The notes beneath the pieces are model-generated. The model was not told where the DNA came from, did no database searches, and saw only the letters and a list, made by a program, of their open reading frames with translations. A stretch of DNA of 64,000 bases from assembly GCA_963740355.1 (NCBI GenBank), contig CAVUDW010000003.1, positions 1,216,001 to 1,280,000 on the forward strand, written 5' to 3'. Position 1 is the stretch's first letter; every line of letters begins with the position of its first letter. The DNA comes from an uncultured Gemmatimonadaceae bacterium. Its GTDB lineage: Bacteria > Gemmatimonadota > Gemmatimonadetes > Gemmatimonadales > Gemmatimonadaceae. Both the position numbers and the translations under genes were made by a program. Of this stretch, positions 48,224-57,084 are shown in pieces.

Positions 48224-48369
48224 CGACCGTTGCAATCCGCAAAGTGTTGTCAAATAACGACTTGTGATTCGAGACACACGCCGGACTCGACCATGGCCCA
48301 CTGCTTTTCGCCACGCTCATGGCGTTCTGCGAATTCCAGCACCCCAGCCAAGCGTTTGCCGTCAGGCCC

Positions 48370-48795
48370 TCATGGCCAGCAGACCGGCACCCCATCCGGC
48401 GTCCCGCCAGGCATCCCGGTCGGCGCCGGAGCCGCACCGACGAAAATCCCGCAGGAACTGCTTCCGGGCACCGCCAGCACGGCATTCCACCCGCTCGACC
48501 CCACGGGCGCGCCCGCCAGCGTGATCGCCAGCCCGGTATTGCCGCGACTGAGCGAGAACCGCATCACCGCAGTATCGGTCAGGGCGCCATACCGATCGCT
48601 GTCGGCGTAGAAGCCTTCCTGGGCGGTCGCGAGGTTGCGGAGGTCGGCAATACCGGCCGACCGGTTCGCTCGACGCTTGGTGTTGTTGAACTTCGGGATC
48701 GCAATGGCGGCCAGGATCCCGATGATGACGACGACGATCAGCAGTTCGATGAGCGTGAATCCCGACACGCGCTGCCGTTGACGCGATGCGCACAT
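48370..48795 (-). CDS. Type IV pilin paralogue 6 (divergent, flanking)
   Basis: RVSG|FTLIELLIVVVIIGILAAIAIPKF...GVPVCWP; GAGGAGG SD before ATG 48795. Confidence 0.93.
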   Translation of the reverse strand: MCASRQRQRVSGFTLIELLIVVVIIGILAAIAIPKFNNTKRRANRSAGIADLRNLATAQEGFYADSDRYGALTDTAVMRFSLSRGNTGLAITLAGAPVGSSGWNAVLAVPGSSSCGIFVGAAPAPTGMPGGTPDGVPVCWP

Positions 48796-48933
48796 GGCGC
48801 CCTCCTCTCCAGGGTGAACGGCGCCATCGCCTGATACGTGGCGCACGCCCCCAGAGTCACACCCGCGTCATTCCGCGACCTACCCAATCCAGCGCGGATA
48901 TCATCCATCGATTGCCACGCGCACTGGAAGAGA

Positions 48934-50310
48934 TCAGGCGTCCGTCTCGTAGCGCGCCAGCTTCCGGTACAGCGTGCTGGCATCGATCCCCAGCGTGGAC
49001 GCCGCGCGAGACTTGTTGCCCCCTTCGCTCTGCAACACCCACATGATGTACGCCCGCTCGATCGCGTCGAGTGTCGGGTTCACGATCGCACGCTCCGCCA
49101 CCAGCGGCTCCACTCGACGGGCCGTCACACGCTCCGGAAGCGCCTCGACATCGATCGCGTCTCCCGTCGTGAGGATCACCGCGCGCTCCATCGCGTTCTC
49201 CAACTCGCGCACATTGCCCGGCCAGTCGTAGGCCTGCATCGCATCCAGCGCGTCGCTGGTCAACGTGAGGGGATTCTCGTGGCGCGTGCCGCCCACCCGT
49301 GCAAGGAACTTCGTCGCCAACACCGAGATGTCGTCGCGACGATCACGCAGCGGTGGCAGGTGAATCGCGATCACGTTGAGGCGATAGAACAGGTCACCGC
49401 GAAAGCTGCCGCGCTTGATCTCGTCCTCGAGGTCACGATTGGTCGCAGCGATCATGCGCACATCGATCGGCTGTGACTCCGTGCCACCAACCGGAATCAC
49501 TTCCCGCTGCTGCAGCACACGCAACAACTTCACCTGCGTGGCAGGAGTCGTCTCACCGATTTCGTCGAGGAAGAACGTGCCCTTGTTGGCCGCGGTGAAG
49601 AGCCCAGCGCGGTCCTTCACGGCGCCGGTGAACGACCCCTTCACATGCCCGAACAGTTCACTCTCGAGCAGTGATTCCGGCAGCGCACCACAGTTGATCG
49701 ACATGAAGCTGTTGTCGCTGCGCGGCGAGAGGTCGTGCAGGTAGCGTGCAATCACTTCCTTGCCCGTCCCCGACTCGCCGGTGATCAGCACCGTCGAATC
49801 CGTCGGCGCCACCGTCTCCACCATCTCGAGCACCTTGAGCCAACTGCGACTGTTGCCCGTCGGCCGCGCTCCGGCCGTGCTGCGATCACGCCGCTGGATC
49901 TCCTGCTTCAGCGTCACGTTCTCGATCTTCAGCTGCCGGTGCTCCGCCGCGCGACGCAGGATCGCCACCAGTTCGTCGTTGCGAAACGGCTTCTGGATGT
50001 AGTAGAACGCCCCTTCATTCACCGCCTGGATCGCACTCTGCATCGAGGCCTGCGCGGTCATCAGCACCACCGGCAGCTGTGGATCGCGGGCCTTCACTGC
50101 GGCCAGCACCTCGATGCCGGAAATTGTCGGCATGCGGATGTCGGACAGCACGATGTCGGGCGTCGATGTCTCGAGCGCATCGAGTCCCGCCTTGCCGCCA
50201 AGCGCCGTGATCGGTGTGAATCCCTCGTTCTTGAGGAGGATTCGCAACGTCTCGAGGATGCCGGCTTCGTCATCGATGACGAGGACGGTCGGCGAGGATC
50301 GATTACTCAC
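48934..50310 (-). CDS. pilR: sigma54-dependent response regulator (PilR-like: REC, AAA+, HTH)
   Basis: LSDIRMP, GESGTGKE, ESELFGHVKGSFTGA, FFLDEIGE, FRGDLFYRLNV, WPGNVRELEN, STLYRKL; adjacent to the pilins. Confidence 0.88.
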   Translation of the reverse strand: MSNRSSPTVLVIDDEAGILETLRILLKNEGFTPITALGGKAGLDALETSTPDIVLSDIRMPTISGIEVLAAVKARDPQLPVVLMTAQASMQSAIQAVNEGAFYYIQKPFRNDELVAILRRAAEHRQLKIENVTLKQEIQRRDRSTAGARPTGNSRSWLKVLEMVETVAPTDSTVLITGESGTGKEVIARYLHDLSPRSDNSFMSINCGALPESLLESELFGHVKGSFTGAVKDRAGLFTAANKGTFFLDEIGETTPATQVKLLRVLQQREVIPVGGTESQPIDVRMIAATNRDLEDEIKRGSFRGDLFYRLNVIAIHLPPLRDRRDDISVLATKFLARVGGTRHENPLTLTSDALDAMQAYDWPGNVRELENAMERAVILTTGDAIDVEALPERVTARRVEPLVAERAIVNPTLDAIERAYIMWVLQSEGGNKSRAASTLGIDASTLYRKLARYETDA

Positions 50311-52007
50311 GCAGGAGCTCCGTTCTCTGACTGGGTGCGGGGAAGGATGATCGTGAAGCGGGTGCCGCTGCCCGGTGACGAGTCAACCAGCACGACGCCA
50401 CGGTGCGCGTCGATGGCGCGATGGACCACCGGAAGGCCGAGTCCGCTTCCGCGCGGCTTGGTAGTGAAGAATGGGGTGAAGATCCGATCTCGAACATCGG
50501 CCGGCATCCCGGGACCATTGTCCTCGATCACCAGCCGCACGGCGCCGGACTCTGGCAACACGCCGCCTGGCACCGTATCCGGGGTCGCCGGCCGCAGCGA
50601 CACACGCACGACGCCGCCCTCGCCCAGCGCCTGCGCCGCATTCAACACCAGGTTGAACACCGCCCGGTGCAGCAGGTCCGAGTCGCCGTCCACCATCTGG
50701 ACCTCCGGCTCCGCATCGAAAACCAGTTCGGTGGTCGGGAGACGATCCGGGTGCGCCGCGACGAGGTTCATCGTATCGCGCACCAGACCAGCCAGGTCGA
50801 GTGGGGTGACCCGCGTCACACGCACACGCGCGAAGTCGAGGAATTCGGTCAGGAGTCGCGCCAGTCGATCACTCTCCCGCACCACCAGTCGCGTCAGTGA
50901 TCCGGTGTCCTCGTCGGCCGAAGGCATGCGGCCCAGCTGCTCCACCGCACTGCGGATCGACGCCAGCGGATTCTTGATCTCGTGTGCGAGGCTGGCCGCC
51001 AGCTCCGACACCGCCTCCAGCTGGCCGGCGCGAACGTGCAGGTCCTCGAGCCGCTTCTGGTCCGATATGTCCGAGAAGATCGCCGTCGCGCTGCCGGCGT
51101 CGTTCTCTGCCTCGCCCCTGAGGTAGGTCACCGTGATGCCGAGCTGCAGCTCGCGCCCGTCCACCGTCACCAGCGCCTCGGCACGTGAGGTGCGCGTCCG
51201 AGTCCGGATCGAACGTTCCAGTGCCAGCACCAGCCCAGGCGCCTCCCGCTCGAGCTCGGTACGCACCTGCCGCCCGATATACGGTGTCAGTTCGAGTCCC
51301 AGCAACGCGCTGGCCGCCTGATTGGCGTACTGCAGCGTGCCGCGGGCGTCGAGCGTCAGGACCCCGCTTCGAATGTTGTCGAGCACGTCCGACGCCTGCA
51401 GGCGTTCTCGCCGCAACGTTTCCGCGAGCAGTTCCGACCCCGACCCCACCTCGCGCAGCCTCGCGCTGACATACCCCGTCCCGACGGCCACAGTGGCGAA
51501 GTTGCCCATCTGCAGCCAGGCGGTCGAGTCGAGCACGAAATCGCGCGTGACGACGATGTCCGTGAAGTAGAACGCGCACACCAGCAGTGCCGCGATCAGG
51601 CCGCCGCTGCGCGGAATGAGCAGCGCCGAGTAGGCGATGACGAGGATGTAGAGGGCCGCGAATTGCGATTCGCTGCCGTTGGTGACGTGCACCAGCGCCG
51701 TGATGAGGGCGATATCCGTGACGGCTTGCCAGAGCAGGAACCCGCGACTCGCCGGCGCGCGGTACATTTCCACCGCAATGAGCGAAATTCCCGTGACGGC
51801 GAATGCCATGATGGCGGCAGCCTGTACCAGCCTGACGGCGGTGGCAGTCTGCCCGACCGCCAACTGCGGCAACACCACGATCAACGCCACCGCGAGTACG
51901 GTGCGGATCGCGTACACCCACAACAGCGCGCGCCGCGGATCGAGAATGGCCCGTAGGCGCGCGATCGGTGTCAGCGCCTGCGCCGTATTGCGTGGTGAAT
52001 TCTGCAT
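50307..52007 (-). CDS. pilS: Membrane sensor kinase (PilS-like)
   Basis: About six TMs (DIALITALVHVTNG.ESQFAALY), PAS, LAHEIKNPLASI, FFTTKPRGSGLGL; coupled to pilR. Confidence 0.85.
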   Translation of the reverse strand: MQNSPRNTAQALTPIARLRAILDPRRALLWVYAIRTVLAVALIVVLPQLAVGQTATAVRLVQAAAIMAFAVTGISLIAVEMYRAPASRGFLLWQAVTDIALITALVHVTNGSESQFAALYILVIAYSALLIPRSGGLIAALLVCAFYFTDIVVTRDFVLDSTAWLQMGNFATVAVGTGYVSARLREVGSGSELLAETLRRERLQASDVLDNIRSGVLTLDARGTLQYANQAASALLGLELTPYIGRQVRTELEREAPGLVLALERSIRTRTRTSRAEALVTVDGRELQLGITVTYLRGEAENDAGSATAIFSDISDQKRLEDLHVRAGQLEAVSELAASLAHEIKNPLASIRSAVEQLGRMPSADEDTGSLTRLVVRESDRLARLLTEFLDFARVRVTRVTPLDLAGLVRDTMNLVAAHPDRLPTTELVFDAEPEVQMVDGDSDLLHRAVFNLVLNAAQALGEGGVVRVSLRPATPDTVPGGVLPESGAVRLVIEDNGPGMPADVRDRIFTPFFTTKPRGSGLGLPVVHRAIDAHRGVVLVDSSPGSGTRFTIILPRTQSENGAPA

Positions 52008-52055
52008 GGATGCCGACAATGTGACACCGTCGTCACCGGCACAGGGAGTGGCGGC

Positions 52056-53372
52056 GTGAACCTTCCCGAAGCGGGCGTGGGGCTGCGGCTCCTCGGTGTG
52101 CTGTTTCTGGTGCTGATGAATGCCTTCTTCGTGGCGGCAGAGTTCGCGCTGGTCGGCTCGCGGCGCAGCCGGATCGACCAGCTCGCGCAGGAAGGTGTCA
52201 GCGGCGCGAAGGCGGTGCAGGACGCGCTCACGAACCTCGATCGCTACATCTCGGGCACGCAGCTCGGCATCACGCTGGCATCGCTGGCGCTGGGATGGAT
52301 CGGCGAACCCGCGTTGGCGACCCTCGTCGATCGCGGACTGGCCCTGATCGGCGTACATGCACAGCCGGGTATCGCGCACACCACGGCAGGGGTGGCGACC
52401 GCATTCCTCGTGATCACGTTCCTGCACATCGTGCTTGGCGAGCTGGCCCCGAAGTCGATCGCGCTGGTCGCTCCCGAGCGCGTGAGCATGTACCTCGCGC
52501 GTCCGCTGATGCTCTTCTCACGCGTGATGAGCCCGTTCATCACGATGCTCAACTCGGTGGCGAACGCACTGCTGAAGGTCGTGGGTGTGGATCCAGCGGG
52601 CGCTGGCCACTCGAGCGTGCATAGCGCCGACGAACTGCGCCTGCTGGTGATGCAGGCCCGCGCGCAGGGCACGCTGAATGAAACCGACAGCATGATGCTG
52701 GCCGGTGTCTTCGACTTTCATGAAAAGAAGGCGCGCGACGTGATGCGCCCTCGCACCGAAGTCGCCGCCATTCCGCTCGATGCCACCGAGGCCGAGGTCT
52801 GGGCGATCCTCCGATCGGAGCGGTATTCGCGTTATCCGGTGATCGGCGACTCGCTGGATGACATCGTCGGTGTGTTCTTGGCCAAGGACCTCTGGTTGCA
52901 CCAGGGTCCGTTCACGATCAAGCAGTTCATACGCGCCCCGCTCTTCATTCCCGATTCGCGGCCGGCCGAGCGGGTGCTGGACGACTTGCGCAAGACGCGG
53001 GCGCACATGGCAGTGGTACTGGACGAATACGGCGGCACCGCCGGCATCATCACGATGGAAGACCTGGTCGAGGAAGTGGTGGGTGACATCGCCGATGAAT
53101 ACGATGCCGCAGCCCGCGAAGCCCTCGAGACCGACGGCGTGCTGGAGCTCGCGGGATCGTTGTCGTTGATCGACGTGCGCTCGGACTACAAGGTGCTCGT
53201 CCCCGAGGGGGACTGGACCACTCTTGGCGGCTATGTGTTCAATGCGCTGGGGCGCCTGCCGCGAGTGGGTGACCGAGTGACAATTCCCGGCTGCGAATTG
53301 GAAGTGGTGGCCATGGATGGCCGCCGCGTCGCAGCCGTTCGCGTGAACCGGGTGCCCGTGGCCGGTCGTTAG
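52056..53372 (+). CDS. Hemolysin-family CNNM (DUF21)/CBS/CorC protein
   Basis: NAFFVAAEFALV, QLGITLASLALGWIGEP, GELAPKS, VLDEYGGTAGIITMEDLVEEVVGDI. Confidence 0.93.
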   Translation: MNLPEAGVGLRLLGVLFLVLMNAFFVAAEFALVGSRRSRIDQLAQEGVSGAKAVQDALTNLDRYISGTQLGITLASLALGWIGEPALATLVDRGLALIGVHAQPGIAHTTAGVATAFLVITFLHIVLGELAPKSIALVAPERVSMYLARPLMLFSRVMSPFITMLNSVANALLKVVGVDPAGAGHSSVHSADELRLLVMQARAQGTLNETDSMMLAGVFDFHEKKARDVMRPRTEVAAIPLDATEAEVWAILRSERYSRYPVIGDSLDDIVGVFLAKDLWLHQGPFTIKQFIRAPLFIPDSRPAERVLDDLRKTRAHMAVVLDEYGGTAGIITMEDLVEEVVGDIADEYDAAAREALETDGVLELAGSLSLIDVRSDYKVLVPEGDWTTLGGYVFNALGRLPRVGDRVTIPGCELEVVAMDGRRVAAVRVNRVPVAGR

Positions 53373-53457
53373 TCAGCGAGGCGCAACCGCGCACCGCCGT
53401 TGCCTCGCGACCATGCCGCCCACTGCGATTTCTGCGTTATCTCTGCGTTATTTCTCC

Positions 53458-54285
53458 ATGCGCCTGCTGACAGCCCTTTCCTTGCTTTCCCTCGCCATGG
53501 GGTGCGGTCGCGACGATCGCATTCCCGGCGCGAGCGCTGCCGGTGTGACCACGGACACCTCCGCGCGCACCGCGACGGCGGCACGCTGGCCACGTGATAC
53601 CGGCACGGTCATCCCGCTCGCACCACCAGGGCTGCCGGCCTCCGACTTCCCGGCACCGCGCCGTCCGATCTCGAGCATCGTCTCGCCGCAGTGGAGCGAC
53701 GAAGCAACCCGTGACGCGGCCCACGAAGCCGATACCGTGATGGCGCTGCTCGGACTGCGGCCCGGCATGTCGGTGGCCGACATCGGCGCCGGCAGCGGCT
53801 ACTACGTGGCACGCATGGCGCGGCGAGTGGGCGACACGGGCCTCGTGTACGGTGAAGACATCATGCCGCGGTACCTGCGTTACCTGCGCGAGCGCGTCGA
53901 CCGTGACGAATTGACGAACGTGCGACTGGCGCTCGGCGACCCACACGATCCACGCTTGCCGAAGAACTCGCTCGACGTGGCGACGATGATCCACATGTAC
54001 CACGAAATCGAGCAGCCGTTCGGCTTGCTGGCGAACCTCGTGCCGGCGCTGCGACCCGGGGCGCGGATCGCGATCCTCGACATGAATCGCCGCACCGACC
54101 AGCATGGCACGCCGCCCGCACTGCTGAAGTGCGAAATGGAGGCTGTCGGATACCGACAGCAGAGCTTCCACGATCTTGGTGTGGATGGCTACGTGGCGAT
54201 CTTCACTCCGCCCTCTGCGGTGGATGTCGCGCGCATCACGAACGCCGTCCGTGCCTGCGATGCAGTGGCTGAACGTGGCTCGTGA
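53458..54285 (+). CDS. Class I SAM-dependent methyltransferase with putative lipoprotein signal
   Basis: VADIGAGSGY motif I, HMYHEI; N-terminus MRLLTALSLLSLAMG|C. Confidence 0.85.
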   Translation: MRLLTALSLLSLAMGCGRDDRIPGASAAGVTTDTSARTATAARWPRDTGTVIPLAPPGLPASDFPAPRRPISSIVSPQWSDEATRDAAHEADTVMALLGLRPGMSVADIGAGSGYYVARMARRVGDTGLVYGEDIMPRYLRYLRERVDRDELTNVRLALGDPHDPRLPKNSLDVATMIHMYHEIEQPFGLLANLVPALRPGARIAILDMNRRTDQHGTPPALLKCEMEAVGYRQQSFHDLGVDGYVAIFTPPSAVDVARITNAVRACDAVAERGS

Positions 54286-54730
54286 CATCGACGAAGGGCC
54301 ACGCGATGTGTTGATCGTCAACGGTCACGTGCGCATTCCGCGCACGGAGCTGGATGTGAAGGCAATGCGCAGCGGTGGGCCCGGCGGCCAGAACGTCAAC
54401 ACCAGCTCCACCAAGATCGAGCTGCGCTGGCAACCTGGCACGTCAGTCGCCCTGAGTGAGGTGCAGCGCGAGCGGGTGCTCACGGCACTCGCGACCAAGC
54501 TCGATGGCGACGGCTGGATTCGCCTCACGGCGAGCGAACATCGCAGTCAGCTGCAAAATCGCGTGGCGGCGGAAGCCCGACTGGTCGCGATGGTGAAGAG
54601 TGCGCTGGTGGTGCCGAAGGTGCGCCGCGCGACCAAGCCGACCAAGGCGTCGAAGACGAAGCGGCTGGAGACGAAGTCTCTGCGCAGTGAAGTGAAGCAG
54701 CAACGAAAGCGGGTCACCCGCGACGAGTGA
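54275..54730 (+). CDS. arfB: Alternative ribosome rescue peptidyl-tRNA hydrolase ArfB
   Basis: RSGGPGGQNVN, HRSQLQNR, RRATKPTKASK basic tail. Start uncertain. Confidence 0.94.
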   Translation: MARDIDEGPRDVLIVNGHVRIPRTELDVKAMRSGGPGGQNVNTSSTKIELRWQPGTSVALSEVQRERVLTALATKLDGDGWIRLTASEHRSQLQNRVAAEARLVAMVKSALVVPKVRRATKPTKASKTKRLETKSLRSEVKQQRKRVTRDE

Positions 54731-54784
54731 CCCGATGCACGCCCCGGCGCTCCGGATGCGCAGGCGCCGAGTGCGCTTCGCCTG

Positions 54785-55474
54785 TCAGTGCCCGAACGAG
54801 ACGCCGATGGAGTAGGTCCACATGTTGACCTGACTTTCGCGCACCAGGGGCGTGGTCAACGTGCCGTCGCCGAAGCTGTCACGGGTGAGGTAGCGGGCCC
54901 GCCCGTTGAAATTACGGCGCGCGTTGAAATCGAGACTGACCTTGTCACCCATCGGAATGCGCACGCCGCCGCCGATCGCCGACGTGAACAGGTTGTCCTT
55001 CAGGTTCGTCGTCGGGAAGACATCCTCGCCGCCGTCCTGTCCATCGGCGGATGACTGCGTCCAGAACACCGTCCACCCGGCCATCGCGTTCACGTAGGGC
55101 CGAATCGGTCCGCTGGGCACCTGCAGTTCAGGGCCGACGAGGCCGGAAAAGATGTTGTTCGATGTCGTGATGTCGACCTGAATGCGGCAGCTGGATCCAA
55201 AGCACTCGCGCGTTGTCTGGCGGCCGTAGATGAGGAAGCCAGCGTCTGCACGCAGCGATACGACGTGCTGGTCAGCCGGGAACCAGCGGAAATCACCAGC
55301 AATGCCGAAGCCGCTGTTGACGTAGTTCTTGAATTCGCCGATCGGTTGCGCGACTGTCAGACGAATGCCGCCACCAATCGGTGGGATGACCGGCGCTTGT
55401 GCCTGCGCGGGAAGCGTGGCAGTGACCAGCGCGAGTGCAGCGATCGAGGCGCGGATGAGGGCAAGCGGTGACAT
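54785..55474 (-). CDS. Outer-membrane beta-barrel domain protein
   Basis: Signal peptide, alternating beta pattern, IRPYV, IGGGVRI, terminal YSIGVSF. Confidence 0.75.
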   Translation of the reverse strand: MSPLALIRASIAALALVTATLPAQAQAPVIPPIGGGIRLTVAQPIGEFKNYVNSGFGIAGDFRWFPADQHVVSLRADAGFLIYGRQTTRECFGSSCRIQVDITTSNNIFSGLVGPELQVPSGPIRPYVNAMAGWTVFWTQSSADGQDGGEDVFPTTNLKDNLFTSAIGGGVRIPMGDKVSLDFNARRNFNGRARYLTRDSFGDGTLTTPLVRESQVNMWTYSIGVSFGH

Positions 55475-55560
55475 GGGGGAGTCTCTCTGGTGATTGGCGC
55501 GACTCTCTCAAGTACGCGACTGCCCCCACCATGTTTCAGTGCTCGTGAGACGGCCAGCGA

Positions 55561-57084
55561 TCAGCGCAATTCCGGCAGCCGTCCCGGGGCTCCCGCCGCC
55601 ACGGCAAGGGCCGCACGCGCCGCGAGGTACTTGGCCTGCAGTGCGACGTACTTCAGTTCTTCATCCAGCACCTGGCGTTCGCGTGTGTTGACGAGAAAGA
55701 GGTTGCTCTCCCCCGCCTCGAATCGCGCACGCTCACCGGCACTGAGAATCCGGAACAGACGCACGGCATCGCGCTGCAGCGCGAGTTGCACCTCGTACTG
55801 CGACAGGTCGTTGATGGCGGTGCGCACGAGCAGCACTACGTCGCGGCGGGCTTCGGTGGCCTCGAGTTGTGCCCGATCGAACTTGGCGTCGGTGCTCTGG
55901 AACTTGCCGCGCTCCTTGAAGAACAAGAGCGGTGACGAAAAGTTGAGTGCGCCCTTGTAGTTGCCCTCACGCGCGATCGCATCACCGACATCGAAGCTGC
56001 CGCCCTGCGCGCGCAATGCATACAGGTCAGCACTGGCGAGCGGAATGATGGCCTGACGCGCCAACGATCGCTCGGCAGCCGCCTGCGCCACCTTGCCCTC
56101 GGCTTTTCGCACGTCCGGGTGCAGGGCCATCACGCGCGCGAGGAGCGAGGGCACGGAGGCCGAATCGAGCACCACGCGACCAAGGCCGGAGTCACTCGGC
56201 ACCGAATTCGGCTGCAGGTCCTGCGGCGCACCGCGACTGTCCCAGAGATACGACGTGAGGTCGAGGGAGGCTGCGAAGTAGTTCTGGTCCGCGCCCGCCA
56301 ACTGCGCGCGGCGGCGATTGAGCTCGGCCGCCGCCTCGATGCTGTCGATGCCTGCGGCGTCGCCCGCGCGTACGCGGCGCGTGATGGCCGTATAGCGCTC
56401 ATCGGCCAGCCGCACGCCTTCGCGGATCACCTGCAGCTGGAGCGCCGTCGAATACCACTCCGCGTACGACTTGGCGGCCGAGAAGAGGAGCTTGTTCGTG
56501 ACACCCGCGCGCTCCGCCTGTGCCACGTCGCGCAGCGCACGGGCAACACGCAGCGCGGTGCGACGCTCATCGGTCAGGATGCGCTGCCCCAGCGGGATCG
56601 AGAACCCCGCCGTGTACAGCCCGTTGCTCGGCGTGGTGTACTGCGGGTTGATGTAGCGTCCTGACGCACGTTCGTAGCCGACCTTGAAGTCGGCACCGAA
56701 CGGCGTCGGGATCTTGAGCGCGATGTCTGCGTAGTTCCAGTAAAGCGTCTGCGTCCCGGGCGTCGAACTCTGAAAGCGCTTCGTCTCCCACGAGGCTTCG
56801 ACCTTCGGCTCGAAGTTGCCGTACGCCGCCGTCACGTCGCCATCGGCACCGCTGGCGATCAGTCGTGCCTGCCGCGCGACAGGGTGATTGCGGCTCACGA
56901 GCTCGAAGAAGCTGTCGAAGGTGAGCGGTGTGCCTGGCAGCATCCGCACACTGTCGGTGACCGCCGGCAGGCCCCGTCGTGGCGTTGCCTGCGCATTGAT
57001 TGCCGGCGCGCCACAGACGATGACCAGTACGGCCGAGATCACGCGGCCGACGGCAACACGACTCCCCTGCCCCAACGGATTCAC
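55561..57084 (-). CDS. TolC family outer-membrane efflux protein
   Basis: VSRNHP..RQA, FSIPL, ERARFEAGESNLFLVNTRE. Confidence 0.9.
   Translation of the reverse strand: MNPLGQGSRVAVGRVISAVLVIVCGAPAINAQATPRRGLPAVTDSVRMLPGTPLTFDSFFELVSRNHPVARQARLIASGADGDVTAAYGNFEPKVEASWETKRFQSSTPGTQTLYWNYADIALKIPTPFGADFKVGYERASGRYINPQYTTPSNGLYTAGFSIPLGQRILTDERRTALRVARALRDVAQAERAGVTNKLLFSAAKSYAEWYSTALQLQVIREGVRLADERYTAITRRVRAGDAAGIDSIEAAAELNRRRAQLAGADQNYFAASLDLTSYLWDSRGAPQDLQPNSVPSDSGLGRVVLDSASVPSLLARVMALHPDVRKAEGKVAQAAAERSLARQAIIPLASADLYALRAQGGSFDVGDAIAREGNYKGALNFSSPLLFFKERGKFQSTDAKFDRAQLEATEARRDVVLLVRTAINDLSQYEVQLALQRDAVRLFRILSAGERARFEAGESNLFLVNTRERQVLDEELKYVALQAKYLAARAALAVAAGAPGRLPELR

Noticed and set aside
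44875..48795. Pilin repeats as DGR template/variable repeats or Neisseria-like silent cassettes
   Set aside because: No reverse transcriptase is present, the differences are not adenine-specific by eye, and every copy is full length with a signal peptide.
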